From assembly GCA_943356745.1 (NCBI GenBank), contig CALRFT010000004.1, positions 16,269 through 80,268 on the forward strand: 64,000 bases of DNA. Reading direction: 5' to 3'. Below, piece by piece: positions 9,132 to 19,495 of the stretch. Numbering within the stretch: the stretch's first letter is position 1; each line of letters starts with the position of its first letter. The position numbers and the translations under genes were made by a program. The DNA is from Parcubacteria group bacterium (GTDB lineage Bacteria > Patescibacteriota > Minisyncoccia > Phycocordibacterales > CSBR16-119). Under the pieces are notes generated by a model. It saw only the letters and a program-made list of their open reading frames with translations, did no database searches and was not told the DNA's origin.

Positions 9132-11105
9132 TTAATCAATAATGAGATATTCCATTGGTCCATCATCATTATAGTCATCAGTGTTTCTACCACGAAAACT
9201 CACAGTATCGTACTCATTATTTACTATTTCTGAAGGAATATCTTTCAAAAATTCAGAAGGTTCTTGTAAATGCTGTTCTCCATGAATATATCGAAGTGTT
9301 GCGTGAGAAAGAAACACCTGTTCTTCAGCTCGGGTAAGCGCCACATAGAAAAGTCTTCTTTCTTCCTCATCATCAGAATCACCGTTGTCTTTCCCGTCAA
9401 AATGGTGGGGAAACAAATCCTGCTCAAGCCCCACAATGAAAACATATGGGAATTCAAGTCCTTTTGAAGCGTGCACTGTCATAAGTCTCACACCTTTTGG
9501 CGCTTCTTTTGTCTGATTTGTATTTTCAAGAGAATCTTGGTCACTCGCAAGAACTGCATCTTCAATCATTTTTGAAATACCGTTTTCAGCCAAGTGGTCA
9601 TACTTAAGAGCGAAAGTAATAAGTTCTTCCATATTTTCGATTCGGGCAATATCATCTTCTGTTCCACTTTCTTGAAGTTCTTTTTTAAGTCCTGATTTTT
9701 CAATAACAAATCGAATTGTCTCACTTGGTAAATGTGTTTGACTGTAAGTAAATACTTCATCCAAAAAAGCATAAAATTCGTTTATTTTATGGATTGTTTT
9801 TATTGGGAGTGAGTCTTTTTCTCCAGCAAATAACTTTGCAATAGTAACCTTACCAAGCCCTCGTTTGGGAACATTGATAATTCTTTTAATGTCAGTCAAC
9901 GACTCTTTGTTATACGCCGCTCGAAGATACGACAATACATCTTTTACTTCGGCTCGATCAAAAAATCTTACACCAAGTACAATATATGGAATATCTCCTA
10001 AAAGCATAGTTTCTTCAAGAATTCTTGATTGGAAATTTGCTCGATACAAAACAGCAACATCACTATACTCAACACCTTGTTTTACAAGCTCTTGTATTTT
10101 TCTTTGTACGAAAGATGCTTCTTGCCTATCACTTGTTGCCTCAAAAATAGTAATCAATTCCCCTTCTTTGTTTTTAGTAAAGAGATTTTTCTCTTTTCTC
10201 TTTGTGTTTTTACTAATAACATTATTTGCCGCAAGAAGAATATTTTGAGTTGAACGATAATTTTCTTCCAAAAGTACAACCAAAGCATCTGGGTAATCTT
10301 TTTCAAAATTTAAAATATTCGTCACATCAGCTCCACGCCAGGTGTAAATTGTCTGATCTCCGTCACCTACAACACAAATATTTCCGTGTTTTCCAAGAGC
10401 TTGCGCAATTCTATATTGAGTTTCGTTCGTGTCTTGATACTCATCAATATGAATATATTTCCAGAGTTTGTTATATTTTTCTGCAACATCTTGATTTGTT
10501 TCGAGTAAATATACTGTTTCCAAAAGAAGATCATCAAAATCGAATGCATTTTCCGAAGCAAGTATTTGTTCATATTTATTCCAAATTGAACCAATAATAC
10601 TTCCAAGATGTGTCTCGGATTGCTTAATATACATCGCACTTGTTTGGCATTTATTTTTTTGACTTGAAATAATTCCTCGAATTTTCTTTGGTTCATGAAT
10701 TTTAGGATCAAGTCCAAGTTCCTTAATAGCTTCTTTCACCATCACAAGAGTATCTTTTGAATCTGCAATAGAAAAAAACTTGCCACGTTTATGGTGCTGG
10801 TATTCATTTCTTAAAATATATACACCAAGAGCGTGAAAGGTTGAAACAAAAGGTGCTTCTCCAGAAAATCCAGTTTCAGAAGACATGAGAGACTGGACTC
10901 GCTCCTTCATTTCTTTTGCTGCTTTATTTGTGAAAGTAATTGCTAAAATATTATGTGGTGCAATGCCTTTTTTAATCAAATGAAATATTCGACTTGTAAG
11001 TGTTTTTGTTTTTCCTGCCCCTGCTCCTGCCAAAATAAGAAGTGGTCCTTCTGTGTGTTCAACAGCACGACGCTGGGCTGAATTTAATGTATCAAGATAA
11101 TGCAT
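9132..11105 (-). CDS. uvrD: ATP-dependent DNA helicase of the UvrD/PcrA family.
   Basis: Walker A (GAGAGKTKT) and helicase motifs (TFH, DEYQDTN, VGDGDQTIY, LEENYRST, LMTVHASKGLEF). The ORF-track N-terminal extension (to 11273) overlaps the upstream gene. The start is assigned to the ATG (MHYLDTLNSAQRRAV) at about 11105. Confidence 0.9.
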   Translation of the reverse strand: MHYLDTLNSAQRRAVEHTEGPLLILAGAGAGKTKTLTSRIFHLIKKGIAPHNILAITFTNKAAKEMKERVQSLMSSETGFSGEAPFVSTFHALGVYILRNEYQHHKRGKFFSIADSKDTLVMVKEAIKELGLDPKIHEPKKIRGIISSQKNKCQTSAMYIKQSETHLGSIIGSIWNKYEQILASENAFDFDDLLLETVYLLETNQDVAEKYNKLWKYIHIDEYQDTNETQYRIAQALGKHGNICVVGDGDQTIYTWRGADVTNILNFEKDYPDALVVLLEENYRSTQNILLAANNVISKNTKRKEKNLFTKNKEGELITIFEATSDRQEASFVQRKIQELVKQGVEYSDVAVLYRANFQSRILEETMLLGDIPYIVLGVRFFDRAEVKDVLSYLRAAYNKESLTDIKRIINVPKRGLGKVTIAKLFAGEKDSLPIKTIHKINEFYAFLDEVFTYSQTHLPSETIRFVIEKSGLKKELQESGTEDDIARIENMEELITFALKYDHLAENGISKMIEDAVLASDQDSLENTNQTKEAPKGVRLMTVHASKGLEFPYVFIVGLEQDLFPHHFDGKDNGDSDDEEERRLFYVALTRAEEQVFLSHATLRYIHGEQHLQEPSEFLKDIPSEIVNNEYDTVSFRGRNTDDYNDDGPMEYLIID

Positions 11106-11154
11106 AGTGACTATTGTAGCACAAACAAAAAAGAGCCTTTGAGGCTCTTTTTTG

Positions 11155-14100
11155 TTAATTTTTATATTCAAAAATAGCTGGATAATCTTTTTCAAGATTA
11201 TTAATTGTATTAGTAAGTGTTCTTTTGAATAAATCATGTTCTGGCGTACCAGGCACAAATGAGTCATATCCAATCAAAGCAACTTTTGCTATTTCAATTT
11301 TTTGAGCTATTTTTTTACCTTCAACACTATCTTCAAATGTCTGAGAAAGACCGGATGTCTTTCTCCAATCTGGATCAAAGCCGAGTCTTTGCTTGAAATA
11401 GTCTTCAGGAATTGTTGCTGGTTTATAATTTTCTATATATCCAGTAAGTCTTCCTTGTGTGTCTTTTTCAAATTTAAAATCAAACTCTTGATTAATAACA
11501 TTATTTTTTACTCTAGTTTTTATTATTTGAGATTCTGTTTTTGGTTCAACAACTTCAGTTTGTGATGATGCTTTTTCTGGTTCAGAACTAGTTTCAATTT
11601 CATCACCTCCCAAATCTGTAGCATTTTCAAAAGAATAATTTGGGTCTGGATATTTTTTACCAAGAGAATTTTCAAACAAAGGTTCTTCAGAATATCCTTG
11701 AACAAATTCCTTATCAATTACAGATTTGAGAATATCTCTTTCCTGCTGAAGTGCTTTATATTCAGCACTTGCTGGATCAAGACCTCCCTCTTGAAGAATT
11801 TGATCTCGTGCAATCATCTGATTAATATAGTTATTCAAAGATTCTTTAATTTGAGATTCTGAAAGCTTGTTCGCTTGCGTAAAATTAGTTTCTTGTGCCA
11901 AGAATTTCGCATAGGTATCAATGTCTTTTGTGAGATATGCTTTGTGATAGGCATCAAACTGTTCGAAATTTGTTGTAATACTTGATTCAACTTTTCCATT
12001 TTTTTGAATGAAATCAACATCAGCTGAAATATTTTTTGATATTGTAACTGTTCCACCTTCTGGGGTGAGAACACTTGCTTTCACCTCAGGAGCTGGTGTC
12101 TGATTTGTATTTTGATTCCAAAAATCAGATGGTTTTTCTGTTGTTTGGTTTACCGTATCAGTTTTTGGAAATTCTTGTGGAGAAACTTTTCCTTCTTGAT
12201 ATGATTTAAAATTAAAATGATCTCCGTCAAACTTTCCTTCTCCGGAAAGAATATCGATACCGTTTCGCGCATCTGTATAAATACGTTCTCCAGCTTTGTT
12301 AAATCCAAGTTTTCCTCCTTTGTATATTTTTGCACTTTCGTTTACCTCACCAGGTCGATACATATTATCTTCCATTGCAAGCTGTACGTCTGTCTTAGAC
12401 ATAAACTCTTGTATGTACTTTGGAGCATTTGTATAATCTCCGTTGTATTTTTCCTCTATTGCGTTTTGAAGATTCGCATATGTTTCAATAGCACCTTTTG
12501 ATGAGGCATCGACACTAATTTCAAAGTCTGTTGGATTACTTGGAGTTTCAATAGGAGAAATACTTTCTATTGGAGAAAGATTAGGACCATCGATCACAGT
12601 CTTTACAGCCGTTGAGGCCTTATCTCCATTGAACCAATCAGCAATAAACCATGCAGCGGTTGCAGCTCCTGCACCAACTCCAGCTCCTAAAACAAAAGCT
12701 TTTGCTCTATCTTTGTTTCTTTCCTGTTTTGTCTTGCTGTCTTGCCTATCAAAATAACCTTCGACTCTTGAATTTACCTGCTTTTTATCTTGATCACCCT
12801 CTCCATTTAATTCATACCTAATTTTTTGGGCTTCAACCATTGCCTCCACAAGAAGAGCTTTGTTTTCAAGTTGTTGTTTTGATTTTCCAAAGTTGACTCT
12901 TCCTTCTTTCATTCTTTCATCTAAAAGCAAAAGTCTATCTTCAAGAGCTTGCATTGATCTTTCTCTTCTTTTTGGATCTGTTTCATTTTCAATTTTTACA
13001 AGAAGCTTTGCTATTCTCTCTGCATTTTGTTTTGCATCAAACACCTTATCTGTAGTATCTTTTAAACCTTTTCCTCGTCTTGCATCTTTTGCGTCTTGCT
13101 TAAACTCTTGATTTTTTCGACGTATTCCCATCCATCCACCAATAATCGCACTCGCACCCGCTGCACCGCCGAGACCCCAAAGAGATTTTGAAATTAGTCG
13201 AGTTGCGGATCCAGCAATGATACCAACACTTCCAGGTTGAAGAATCTTTTTTGTAAGATCACTTTGCCATGTTGCGTTTTTCATTTCAGAAATTTCTTTT
13301 GCAACATCTTTGTTGTTACTAAACATTTGATTGAGTTCTACTTTTGCCCGAAGTCCAAATGTGTTTTGTAAAATATCAGAATGTTCAAGACCTCCTTGCT
13401 CAAGCATACTCTGTAATGCTTTTTCACTTTGGTGAAATCCTCCAAGTGCCTCTTGGTATTGTTTTTTTTGATCTTTTGTAGCCGTACTCAAACTCCACTC
13501 ATATGGAATTTCCGAAAGCGCTGTTGCATATCTATTATATGTATCTACAAAAAATCTTTGTTTCTCTGTGAGACCTTCTGGTTTTTTTGCATACTCAATT
13601 ACATAATTTCTATCTGTTCCGTTTTCTTGAATAGAAATATCAATACCATTTTCGATTGTGTAGTTAGTGAGTGCTTCAATATCATCAGCAAAAGCATTAA
13701 GCCCTTTGTGTTCGTTTACAGCATTCCTGTTTGCTTCTCGGCGCATTGCACCACCTTTAAAAATTTTTTTGAAAAAACTAGACTCTTGCTGTTTTCTTGC
13801 AAAATCATTATTTGCCTTGTCTTGAATATGTTCAAGACTTTGTTCCTGAGCCTTAACAAGAACATATGCTTGTTGTCCTTCTGAAAGATTTGCAAAATTT
13901 GGAATAACCTGCACAAGATCTTCATATTTAATTCCAAACTCATGAAGTTTTGCAAGAGTTTCTTCTGTTGGTTCAATTTGAGGAATCACCCCTGTGGCTT
14001 CTTTAACTCCTAAAATTTTTGTTTCAGAAATTCCAGCTTTTAATTCAGTAGATTTTTGAGAAGACTTGTTTTCTAATTGAGAATTTTCTTCTGGAGAAAA

Positions 14101-14655
14101 AATGGATTCGGGATATGATATTTTTTTTACTTCATTTCCACCATTCTCAAATCTAATTAACTTATCAATATCAAGGAGTTGATCTTCTAAAATATCATAT
14201 TGTTCACTATCTTTTTGAAGCTGTGCTTTTGACATTAATTCAACAATTCTGTTTCTTTGATTTGTTAAATAAATCAATCTATCCTGATTATCTAATTGTA
14301 TTTTTTTGTTTATTAAAGCTGATTCTTGAGTATTCAAAATCTCAGACTTTTCTTTTTTTTCAATTGGTTTATTTTGGCCTCCGGCTTTCACTTTTTCCAA
14401 AGCAGCTCGCATTTGTTCAACAGGATCTGATATTTCTTTTTTTTGAAAATCTTCAGATACTCTTGAAATCTCATTGCGAATCTCTTCAATTTTTATAATT
14501 TCTTCTTTTTTTTGTTCTGGATTGTTTAAGACATCTTGAATAAGCTGATTTTCTGTTGTCTTATCAGCACTCTTATAATCCCCATGGATAGGTGTCGTTG
14601 TTTTTTCAACACCTGTCTCAGACCCTTGCGGGCCAAGTTCTAAACGCACATTCAT
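11155..14655 (-). CDS. 1166-aa hypothetical protein. It has a ~480-aa coiled-coil, charged cytoplasmic N-region, two Gly/Ala-rich transmembrane segments and a ~450-aa extracytoplasmic C-domain.
   Basis: Long ORF with no signal peptide. TM-like stretches GSVGIIAGSATRLISKSLWGLGGAAGASAIIGGWMGI and AFVLGAGVGAGAATAAWFIADWF. First gene of the long minus-strand string that ends in the T4SS-like genes. Confidence 0.6.
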   Translation of the reverse strand: MNVRLELGPQGSETGVEKTTTPIHGDYKSADKTTENQLIQDVLNNPEQKKEEIIKIEEIRNEISRVSEDFQKKEISDPVEQMRAALEKVKAGGQNKPIEKKEKSEILNTQESALINKKIQLDNQDRLIYLTNQRNRIVELMSKAQLQKDSEQYDILEDQLLDIDKLIRFENGGNEVKKISYPESIFSPEENSQLENKSSQKSTELKAGISETKILGVKEATGVIPQIEPTEETLAKLHEFGIKYEDLVQVIPNFANLSEGQQAYVLVKAQEQSLEHIQDKANNDFARKQQESSFFKKIFKGGAMRREANRNAVNEHKGLNAFADDIEALTNYTIENGIDISIQENGTDRNYVIEYAKKPEGLTEKQRFFVDTYNRYATALSEIPYEWSLSTATKDQKKQYQEALGGFHQSEKALQSMLEQGGLEHSDILQNTFGLRAKVELNQMFSNNKDVAKEISEMKNATWQSDLTKKILQPGSVGIIAGSATRLISKSLWGLGGAAGASAIIGGWMGIRRKNQEFKQDAKDARRGKGLKDTTDKVFDAKQNAERIAKLLVKIENETDPKRRERSMQALEDRLLLLDERMKEGRVNFGKSKQQLENKALLVEAMVEAQKIRYELNGEGDQDKKQVNSRVEGYFDRQDSKTKQERNKDRAKAFVLGAGVGAGAATAAWFIADWFNGDKASTAVKTVIDGPNLSPIESISPIETPSNPTDFEISVDASSKGAIETYANLQNAIEEKYNGDYTNAPKYIQEFMSKTDVQLAMEDNMYRPGEVNESAKIYKGGKLGFNKAGERIYTDARNGIDILSGEGKFDGDHFNFKSYQEGKVSPQEFPKTDTVNQTTEKPSDFWNQNTNQTPAPEVKASVLTPEGGTVTISKNISADVDFIQKNGKVESSITTNFEQFDAYHKAYLTKDIDTYAKFLAQETNFTQANKLSESQIKESLNNYINQMIARDQILQEGGLDPASAEYKALQQERDILKSVIDKEFVQGYSEEPLFENSLGKKYPDPNYSFENATDLGGDEIETSSEPEKASSQTEVVEPKTESQIIKTRVKNNVINQEFDFKFEKDTQGRLTGYIENYKPATIPEDYFKQRLGFDPDWRKTSGLSQTFEDSVEGKKIAQKIEIAKVALIGYDSFVPGTPEHDLFKRTLTNTINNLEKDYPAIFEYKN

Positions 14656-14921
14656 ACATATAATAGTATATCATCATTTTTTGGATTCTTTGTCGAAGCT
14701 GTGGTAAAGCCAAAAACTTTTCCACATTTCCATTGACTCAATCCCGAGAGTCGGATAGCATATATAGGCAATTGATAGATTACACACGGGGCAACTCTAA
14801 TCATTATCTGTCAATCCTTATACGTGGATGTGATGTTAATCCGTCGCTCCACTGCACATAAAGGCTTATCGAACATAAAACTCAAGATTCTGATCCATAT
14901 TCGGGAAACCGAAAAGATCGG
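14656..14921 (+). promoter_or_regulatory. 266-bp non-coding leader upstream of the LysM/M23 peptidase gene. Candidate structured 5' UTR, possibly a riboswitch-like element.
   Basis: The spacer is unusually long for this genome. It contains GC-richer islands (CCCGAGAGTCGGATAG, CACACGGGGCAAC, CGTCGCTCCACTGCAC, CGGGAAACCGAAAAGATCGGATG) embedded in AT-rich sequence. The downstream gene is a cell-wall hydrolase. Confidence 0.25.
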
Positions 14922-16037
14922 ATGAACATATTTTTTGACTTTATGAAAAAGACAAAAACCCAAACCATTGTTGGGTTTGTATCCTCTATTGTCTTTATTC
15001 CTACCATTACATACGCAGGGGTTTTCTCTTTTATGGGAGGGCTTTCTTTTGCCTATCTAGAAGAAAAAACAAACCAAAATCATAATTCTCAAACAATAGG
15101 ACTTCTTGAGGTAAAGCTAGACGAGCAAAGAATTGTAAACCTAGAATCCTATGGAGGACCACGAGTTGCAATCGCAGCCGATGGAGCACTCATTCCTGAA
15201 TTTTCTCCGTATTCAATCGACTATGAAATTGCTGAAGTAAGTACCGCAAGTGGACAAATTGTTATCTATACCGTTCAAAGTGGTGACACTATTTCAGAAA
15301 TAGCAGAGCGACACGGTGTTTCAACAAACACAATTCGCTGGGCAAACGGAATTAAAAAAGATGAAACTGTTCGTGTCGGACAAGAACTTGTTCTTCTTCC
15401 AATTACAGGAATTCAAATTGAAGTAAAGCAGGGAGATACAATCTCAACTATTGCAGCACGGTATTCTGGGGACGCTGAAGAAATTGCAAACTATAATAGT
15501 TTCTCTCTTGATGAATCTCTTTCTGTAGGACAAAAAATTATTATCCCTGACGGCGAACTTGGAGCCGAAGAAACAAAAGAAGAGAAGAAAATTAACAACA
15601 AGAAGGCTGAGAAGACTTCAACAAAAACAAAAGAAACTGTTTCAAGTAGTACTGTTGCAAAAAGAAAAGAACTTGAAAACTATTTCATTCGACCAGTTGC
15701 CGGTGTTGTCACACAGCGAGGCCACGGACCATATGAAGCGTGGGATATTGCAAACAAGGTTGGAACACCAGTATACGCAATGGCAGACGGAGTTGTTATA
15801 ATTAGTAAATCTTCTGGATGGAATGGAGGATATGGACAATATATTGTTATCAAGCACGGAAATAAAACTCAAACTTTATACGGGCACTTAAGTGAAAATA
15901 GTGTTTCAGCCGGACAAACAGTAAAACAAGGTCAGAAAATTGGAGAACTTGGAAATACAGGGCGATCAACAGGACCACATCTTCACTTTGAAGTACGTGG
16001 AGATCCAGACCCAGTTCCAACACCAATCCTCTACTAA
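14922..16037 (+). CDS. LysM-domain (x2) M23-family peptidoglycan endopeptidase.
   Basis: N-terminal transmembrane helix. Two LysM repeats (YTVQSGDTISEIAERHGVS, IEVKQGDTISTIAARYSGD). M23 motifs (HGPYEAWDIA..GTPVYAMADGVV and HLHFEV). Confidence 0.85.
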   Translation: MNIFFDFMKKTKTQTIVGFVSSIVFIPTITYAGVFSFMGGLSFAYLEEKTNQNHNSQTIGLLEVKLDEQRIVNLESYGGPRVAIAADGALIPEFSPYSIDYEIAEVSTASGQIVIYTVQSGDTISEIAERHGVSTNTIRWANGIKKDETVRVGQELVLLPITGIQIEVKQGDTISTIAARYSGDAEEIANYNSFSLDESLSVGQKIIIPDGELGAEETKEEKKINNKKAEKTSTKTKETVSSSTVAKRKELENYFIRPVAGVVTQRGHGPYEAWDIANKVGTPVYAMADGVVIISKSSGWNGGYGQYIVIKHGNKTQTLYGHLSENSVSAGQTVKQGQKIGELGNTGRSTGPHLHFEVRGDPDPVPTPILY

Positions 16038-16070
16038 AAATAAAAATCACACATGAAACATGTGTGATTT

Positions 16071-17558
16071 TTATTTTTGTTTTGGTCTATATTGAAGCGC
16101 TTCGAGAATATGATTTCTTTCAATGTGCTCACTTCCTTCAATATCCGCTATTGTTCGTGCGAGTTTCATAACCCTGTGATAACTTCTTGGAGAAAGTGAA
16201 AGTCTACTTGCTGTTTCATTAAGAAGTTTCTCCACTTCTTCTGAAAGAATTATATATTCTCCAATTTCTTTTGCAGACATTTCACTATTTAATTTTTCTT
16301 TTCCGAAACGCTTGTGTTGGGCTTTTCTTGTTTGAAGAACCTTTTCTCTCAAGACTTGTGTAGTTTCTTGGTTTTCATCCTTTTTTGAAAGATTTTCATA
16401 TGGAATATGATCAACATGAACCCACATATCGATTCGATCCATAATCGGTCCTGATATTTTTCTTTCATATCGTACGATATCAGCAGCTGTCGCATTATGC
16501 GGCGGCGGATTCATTGCGGCAACAAGAATAAAATGGGTTGGGAAAGTTACACTTCCTTTAATTCTAGAAATATTCACCTTTCTATCTTCGAGTGGCTGTC
16601 GAAGACTTTCCAAAACTCTTCTATCAAACTCTGGAAATTCGTCCAAAAACAAAACTCCCTTATGTGCCAATGTTACCTCACCAGGTTTTGGGAAGGTTCC
16701 GCCACCAATTACTGAAACATAACTTGAAGTATTGTGTGGTGCTCGAAACGGCGGATGAGTGATAATTGTGTGATTCAATATTCCTGCAATACTATGAATA
16801 CTTGTTACCTCAAGCGCTTCTTTTTCTGAAAGCGGTGGAAGAATTCCTGTAAATGCTTTTGCGAGCATTGTCTTTCCGGTTCCGGGTGGTCCATACATTG
16901 CGATATTGTGTCCACCGCTTGCGGCAATCAAAAGCCCTCTTTTCACTTGCTGCTGTCCTACAACATCAGCAAAATCAATCACACTTTGTGGATTACTGTA
17001 GTCCCAGAGTGTTTTTTCTTGTGATGAAAGTTTTTTATCTTGCAAGGTGAGGTGTTCAATGACTTCTTTCAAATTTTTCACGGGATAGATTGTAATATCA
17101 GAAATAAGTGCAGCTTCTTCTCTGTTTTCATATGGAACAAAGACTTCTTCAATCCCTTGCTGTTTTGCCATTTCAACAAGAGGCAAAACTCCATGAACAG
17201 ATCTCACATCACCATTCAAACCAAGTTCACCAATAAAAATTTTTCCTTCTGGATCAAATTGTATTTCTTCTGTTGAAAGAAGGTAACCAAGCGCAATAGC
17301 AAGATCATAGCTTGATCCTTCTTTTTTAATACTTGCAGGAGAAAGTGAAACAACAATTTTATATTGAGATGATTTAGGATTTTCAAATCCAGAGTTTTTA
17401 ATTGCAGAAGACACACGATCACGTGCTTCTTCTACAGCCTTATCAGGAAGTCCAACAATCGAAAAAGCGTGGAGAAAAGATTTTGAAATATCAACTTCAA
17501 TAGTAATGATATGACCTTGAAGTGCATTTGTTTGTGCGCTATATACACGAGAGAACAT
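16071..17558 (-). CDS. comM: Mg-chelatase-like AAA+ ATPase YifB/ComM.
   Basis: Lon-like N-domain, Walker A (GPPGTGKTMLA), MCM/ChlI-type motifs and a C-terminal ComM domain. The start is reassigned from the TTG-extended ORF to the internal ATG (MFSRVYSAQ); the coordinate is approximate. Confidence 0.85.
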   Translation of the reverse strand: MFSRVYSAQTNALQGHIITIEVDISKSFLHAFSIVGLPDKAVEEARDRVSSAIKNSGFENPKSSQYKIVVSLSPASIKKEGSSYDLAIALGYLLSTEEIQFDPEGKIFIGELGLNGDVRSVHGVLPLVEMAKQQGIEEVFVPYENREEAALISDITIYPVKNLKEVIEHLTLQDKKLSSQEKTLWDYSNPQSVIDFADVVGQQQVKRGLLIAASGGHNIAMYGPPGTGKTMLAKAFTGILPPLSEKEALEVTSIHSIAGILNHTIITHPPFRAPHNTSSYVSVIGGGTFPKPGEVTLAHKGVLFLDEFPEFDRRVLESLRQPLEDRKVNISRIKGSVTFPTHFILVAAMNPPPHNATAADIVRYERKISGPIMDRIDMWVHVDHIPYENLSKKDENQETTQVLREKVLQTRKAQHKRFGKEKLNSEMSAKEIGEYIILSEEVEKLLNETASRLSLSPRSYHRVMKLARTIADIEGSEHIERNHILEALQYRPKQK

Positions 17559-17744
17559 ATCTATAGCGTACAACCAAAAAGAATATTTCAAAAGTGGAGA
17601 AAATAAAAAAGCCGATTTAAAAATCTTTTCAAGATTTTTAAATCGGCTTAACATGACTTTCAATTGCAGGATTTTAAGGAGCTACTCACCACCGTAGCGC
17701 TCCATGTTCGCTTTTTCATAAAAAGCAAATTTAGGGGTTCTAAT

Positions 17745-18020
17745 TTATTTATCCCAATCCAGTATCACGCTATACATAAATAGCATAACCACAAGAAACA
17801 GAACAAGATAAAGTTCCGCAGAACCGACAAGAGGTTTAATCGGGGCAAAGTAATAAATTATCACTATTGCAATTAAGGCTATTAATGTGTAGTAAATAAT
17901 TGTTTTTTTCTTGTTAAATACACCGACAAGAAACTGAATAAAGATGACAACAGTGTGAATTGTCATAAGTACATTAATTGCTGGATTAAGTTCAAAAAGA
18001 GCTTGTAATTTATTGATCAT
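17745..18020 (-). CDS. Small two-helix membrane protein, hypothetical.
   Basis: 91-aa ORF with two hydrophobic helices. Isolated between terminators. Confidence 0.4.
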   Translation of the reverse strand: MINKLQALFELNPAINVLMTIHTVVIFIQFLVGVFNKKKTIIYYTLIALIAIVIIYYFAPIKPLVGSAELYLVLFLVVMLFMYSVILDWDK

Positions 18021-18125
18021 GGTTTTATATTTTTAAATTTGTGTAAATAATATCACATATAAATGTTTTTGTCAAGCATTAGAAAAACCACCATTTCTGG
18101 TGGTTTTTCTTATGATTTTGGGTTA

Positions 18126-18389
18126 TTACCCTTTAAGTTTGAAATCTTTTACAAGCTTTGCAAATGTTTTAGCATCTGTTCGTTCAAGATACTTCATATG
18201 CTTTCGTCGCTTTGCAACGAGCTTGATAAGACCTCGGCGTGAGTGATTGTCTTTCTTATGCTCTTTCAAGTGAGCTGAGAGCTCCTTGATTCGCTCCGAA
18301 AGGATTCCGATCTGCACAGCTGATGAACCAGTGTCCTTGTCAGAAATTGCAGTCTTTTTAATAACTTTCGCCTTTTTGTCCTTATTCAA
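18126..18389 (-). CDS. rpsO: 30S ribosomal protein S15.
   Basis: GSSAVQIGILSERIKELSAHLKEHKKDNHSRRGLIKLVAKRRKHMKYL is a classic S15 sequence. The start is likely MLNKDKK. Confidence 0.9.
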   Translation of the reverse strand: MNKDKKAKVIKKTAISDKDTGSSAVQIGILSERIKELSAHLKEHKKDNHSRRGLIKLVAKRRKHMKYLERTDAKTFAKLVKDFKLKG

Positions 18390-18545
18390 CATATTATTGT
18401 TCAAGAAATATCAATCAAAAAGGAATTGGTATTTCTATCTGTTCTAACTAATAACGAATGGCATTGTAGCATGGGAAATATAGGTTTGTCAATATCTTTC
18501 AAAAATCCATAATTAATAAAGTAAGCTATAATTATTGTACGACAT

Positions 18546-19469
18546 ATGGCAAACGAAATCGAAAGATGGAAACGAGAGTTTCTTGAATATATTGAAATCG
18601 AAAAAGGGCGATCCCTCAAAACAGTAGAGAACTACAACCATTATTTGAGTCGTTTTTTTGAATTTTCAAAAATCTCTTCCCCGAAAGATATTACAGAAGA
18701 AAAAGTTCGAGAATTTCGTCTTACCCTTAACAGACAAAATGGAAGAAAGGTAAAAGGTCAGCAAAGTGCAACAATGAAGAAAAATACGCAAAACTACTAC
18801 CTCATCGCACTTCGCTCTTTTTTGAAATATCTTCTCAAGAAAAATATTACCTCCCTTCGACCAGATACGATCGAGCTTGCAAAGACACCGGGAAGACAGA
18901 TTGATCCTGTTTCTTCAGGAGAACTTGAGCGACTCCTTGCGGCACCAAACGGAAGTAGTATTTCAGATTTGCGAGATAAGGCTCTGCTTGAACTTTTCTT
19001 TTCGACAGGGCTTCGTCTTGCGGAACTTTGTAGCTTAAACCGTGATCTCGATCTTTCAAAAGATGAGTTTTCAATTCGAGGAAAGGGAGAAAAAGTACGT
19101 GTTGTATTCTTGTCTTCGGAAGCAAAATCAGCAATTAAATCCTATCTCTCAAAACGAGGAGATATGGAGGAAGCAATGTTTATTCAAGTTTCAAACAACA
19201 AAACAAGTGAGAAAGATTTGAGACTCACCCCAAGATCAATTCAAAGAATTGTAAAAAAATACGCAATAAAGGCTGGTATTTCAAAAAATGTTACACCTCA
19301 CATGCTTCGTCACTCATTTGCAACAGACCTTCTTCAAAATGGCGCAGATATTCGAAGTGTGCAAATGATGCTTGGACATGCAAACATTGCAACCACACAA
19401 GTCTATACTCATGTAACAGACAGACAACTTCAAGAGATTCACAAAAAGTTTCATGGAAAAAAACAATAA
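18546..19469 (+). CDS. xerC: Tyrosine site-specific recombinase, XerC/XerD family.
   Basis: SAM-like N-domain. Catalytic signature (R..., HMLRHSFATDLLQNGADIRSVQMMLGHANIATTQVYTHV) with the terminal Tyr. Confidence 0.85.
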   Translation: MANEIERWKREFLEYIEIEKGRSLKTVENYNHYLSRFFEFSKISSPKDITEEKVREFRLTLNRQNGRKVKGQQSATMKKNTQNYYLIALRSFLKYLLKKNITSLRPDTIELAKTPGRQIDPVSSGELERLLAAPNGSSISDLRDKALLELFFSTGLRLAELCSLNRDLDLSKDEFSIRGKGEKVRVVFLSSEAKSAIKSYLSKRGDMEEAMFIQVSNNKTSEKDLRLTPRSIQRIVKKYAIKAGISKNVTPHMLRHSFATDLLQNGADIRSVQMMLGHANIATTQVYTHVTDRQLQEIHKKFHGKKQ

Positions 19470-19470
19470 A

Positions 19471-19490
19471 AGCGCGCAAAATTGCGCGCT
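19471..19490. terminator. Bidirectional terminator hairpin AGCGCGCAAAATTGCGCGCT flanked by A and T runs.
   Basis: Perfect 8-bp GC stem between convergent genes. Confidence 0.7.
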
Positions 19491-19495
19491 TTTTA

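Noticed and set aside
9132-11273. N-terminal extensions in the ORF track (uvrD to 11273, comM to 17663, cca to 25694, 28200 TTG start, 62749 start)
   Set aside because: The tracker uses the first TTG/GTG/ATG. The extensions overlap upstream genes, tRNA-Gly or a -35 box, so internal ATG starts matching family N-termini are preferred.
18401-18619. ORF 18401..18619(-), 72 aa
   Set aside because: It overlaps the xerC 5' end and its promoter region antisense. No support.
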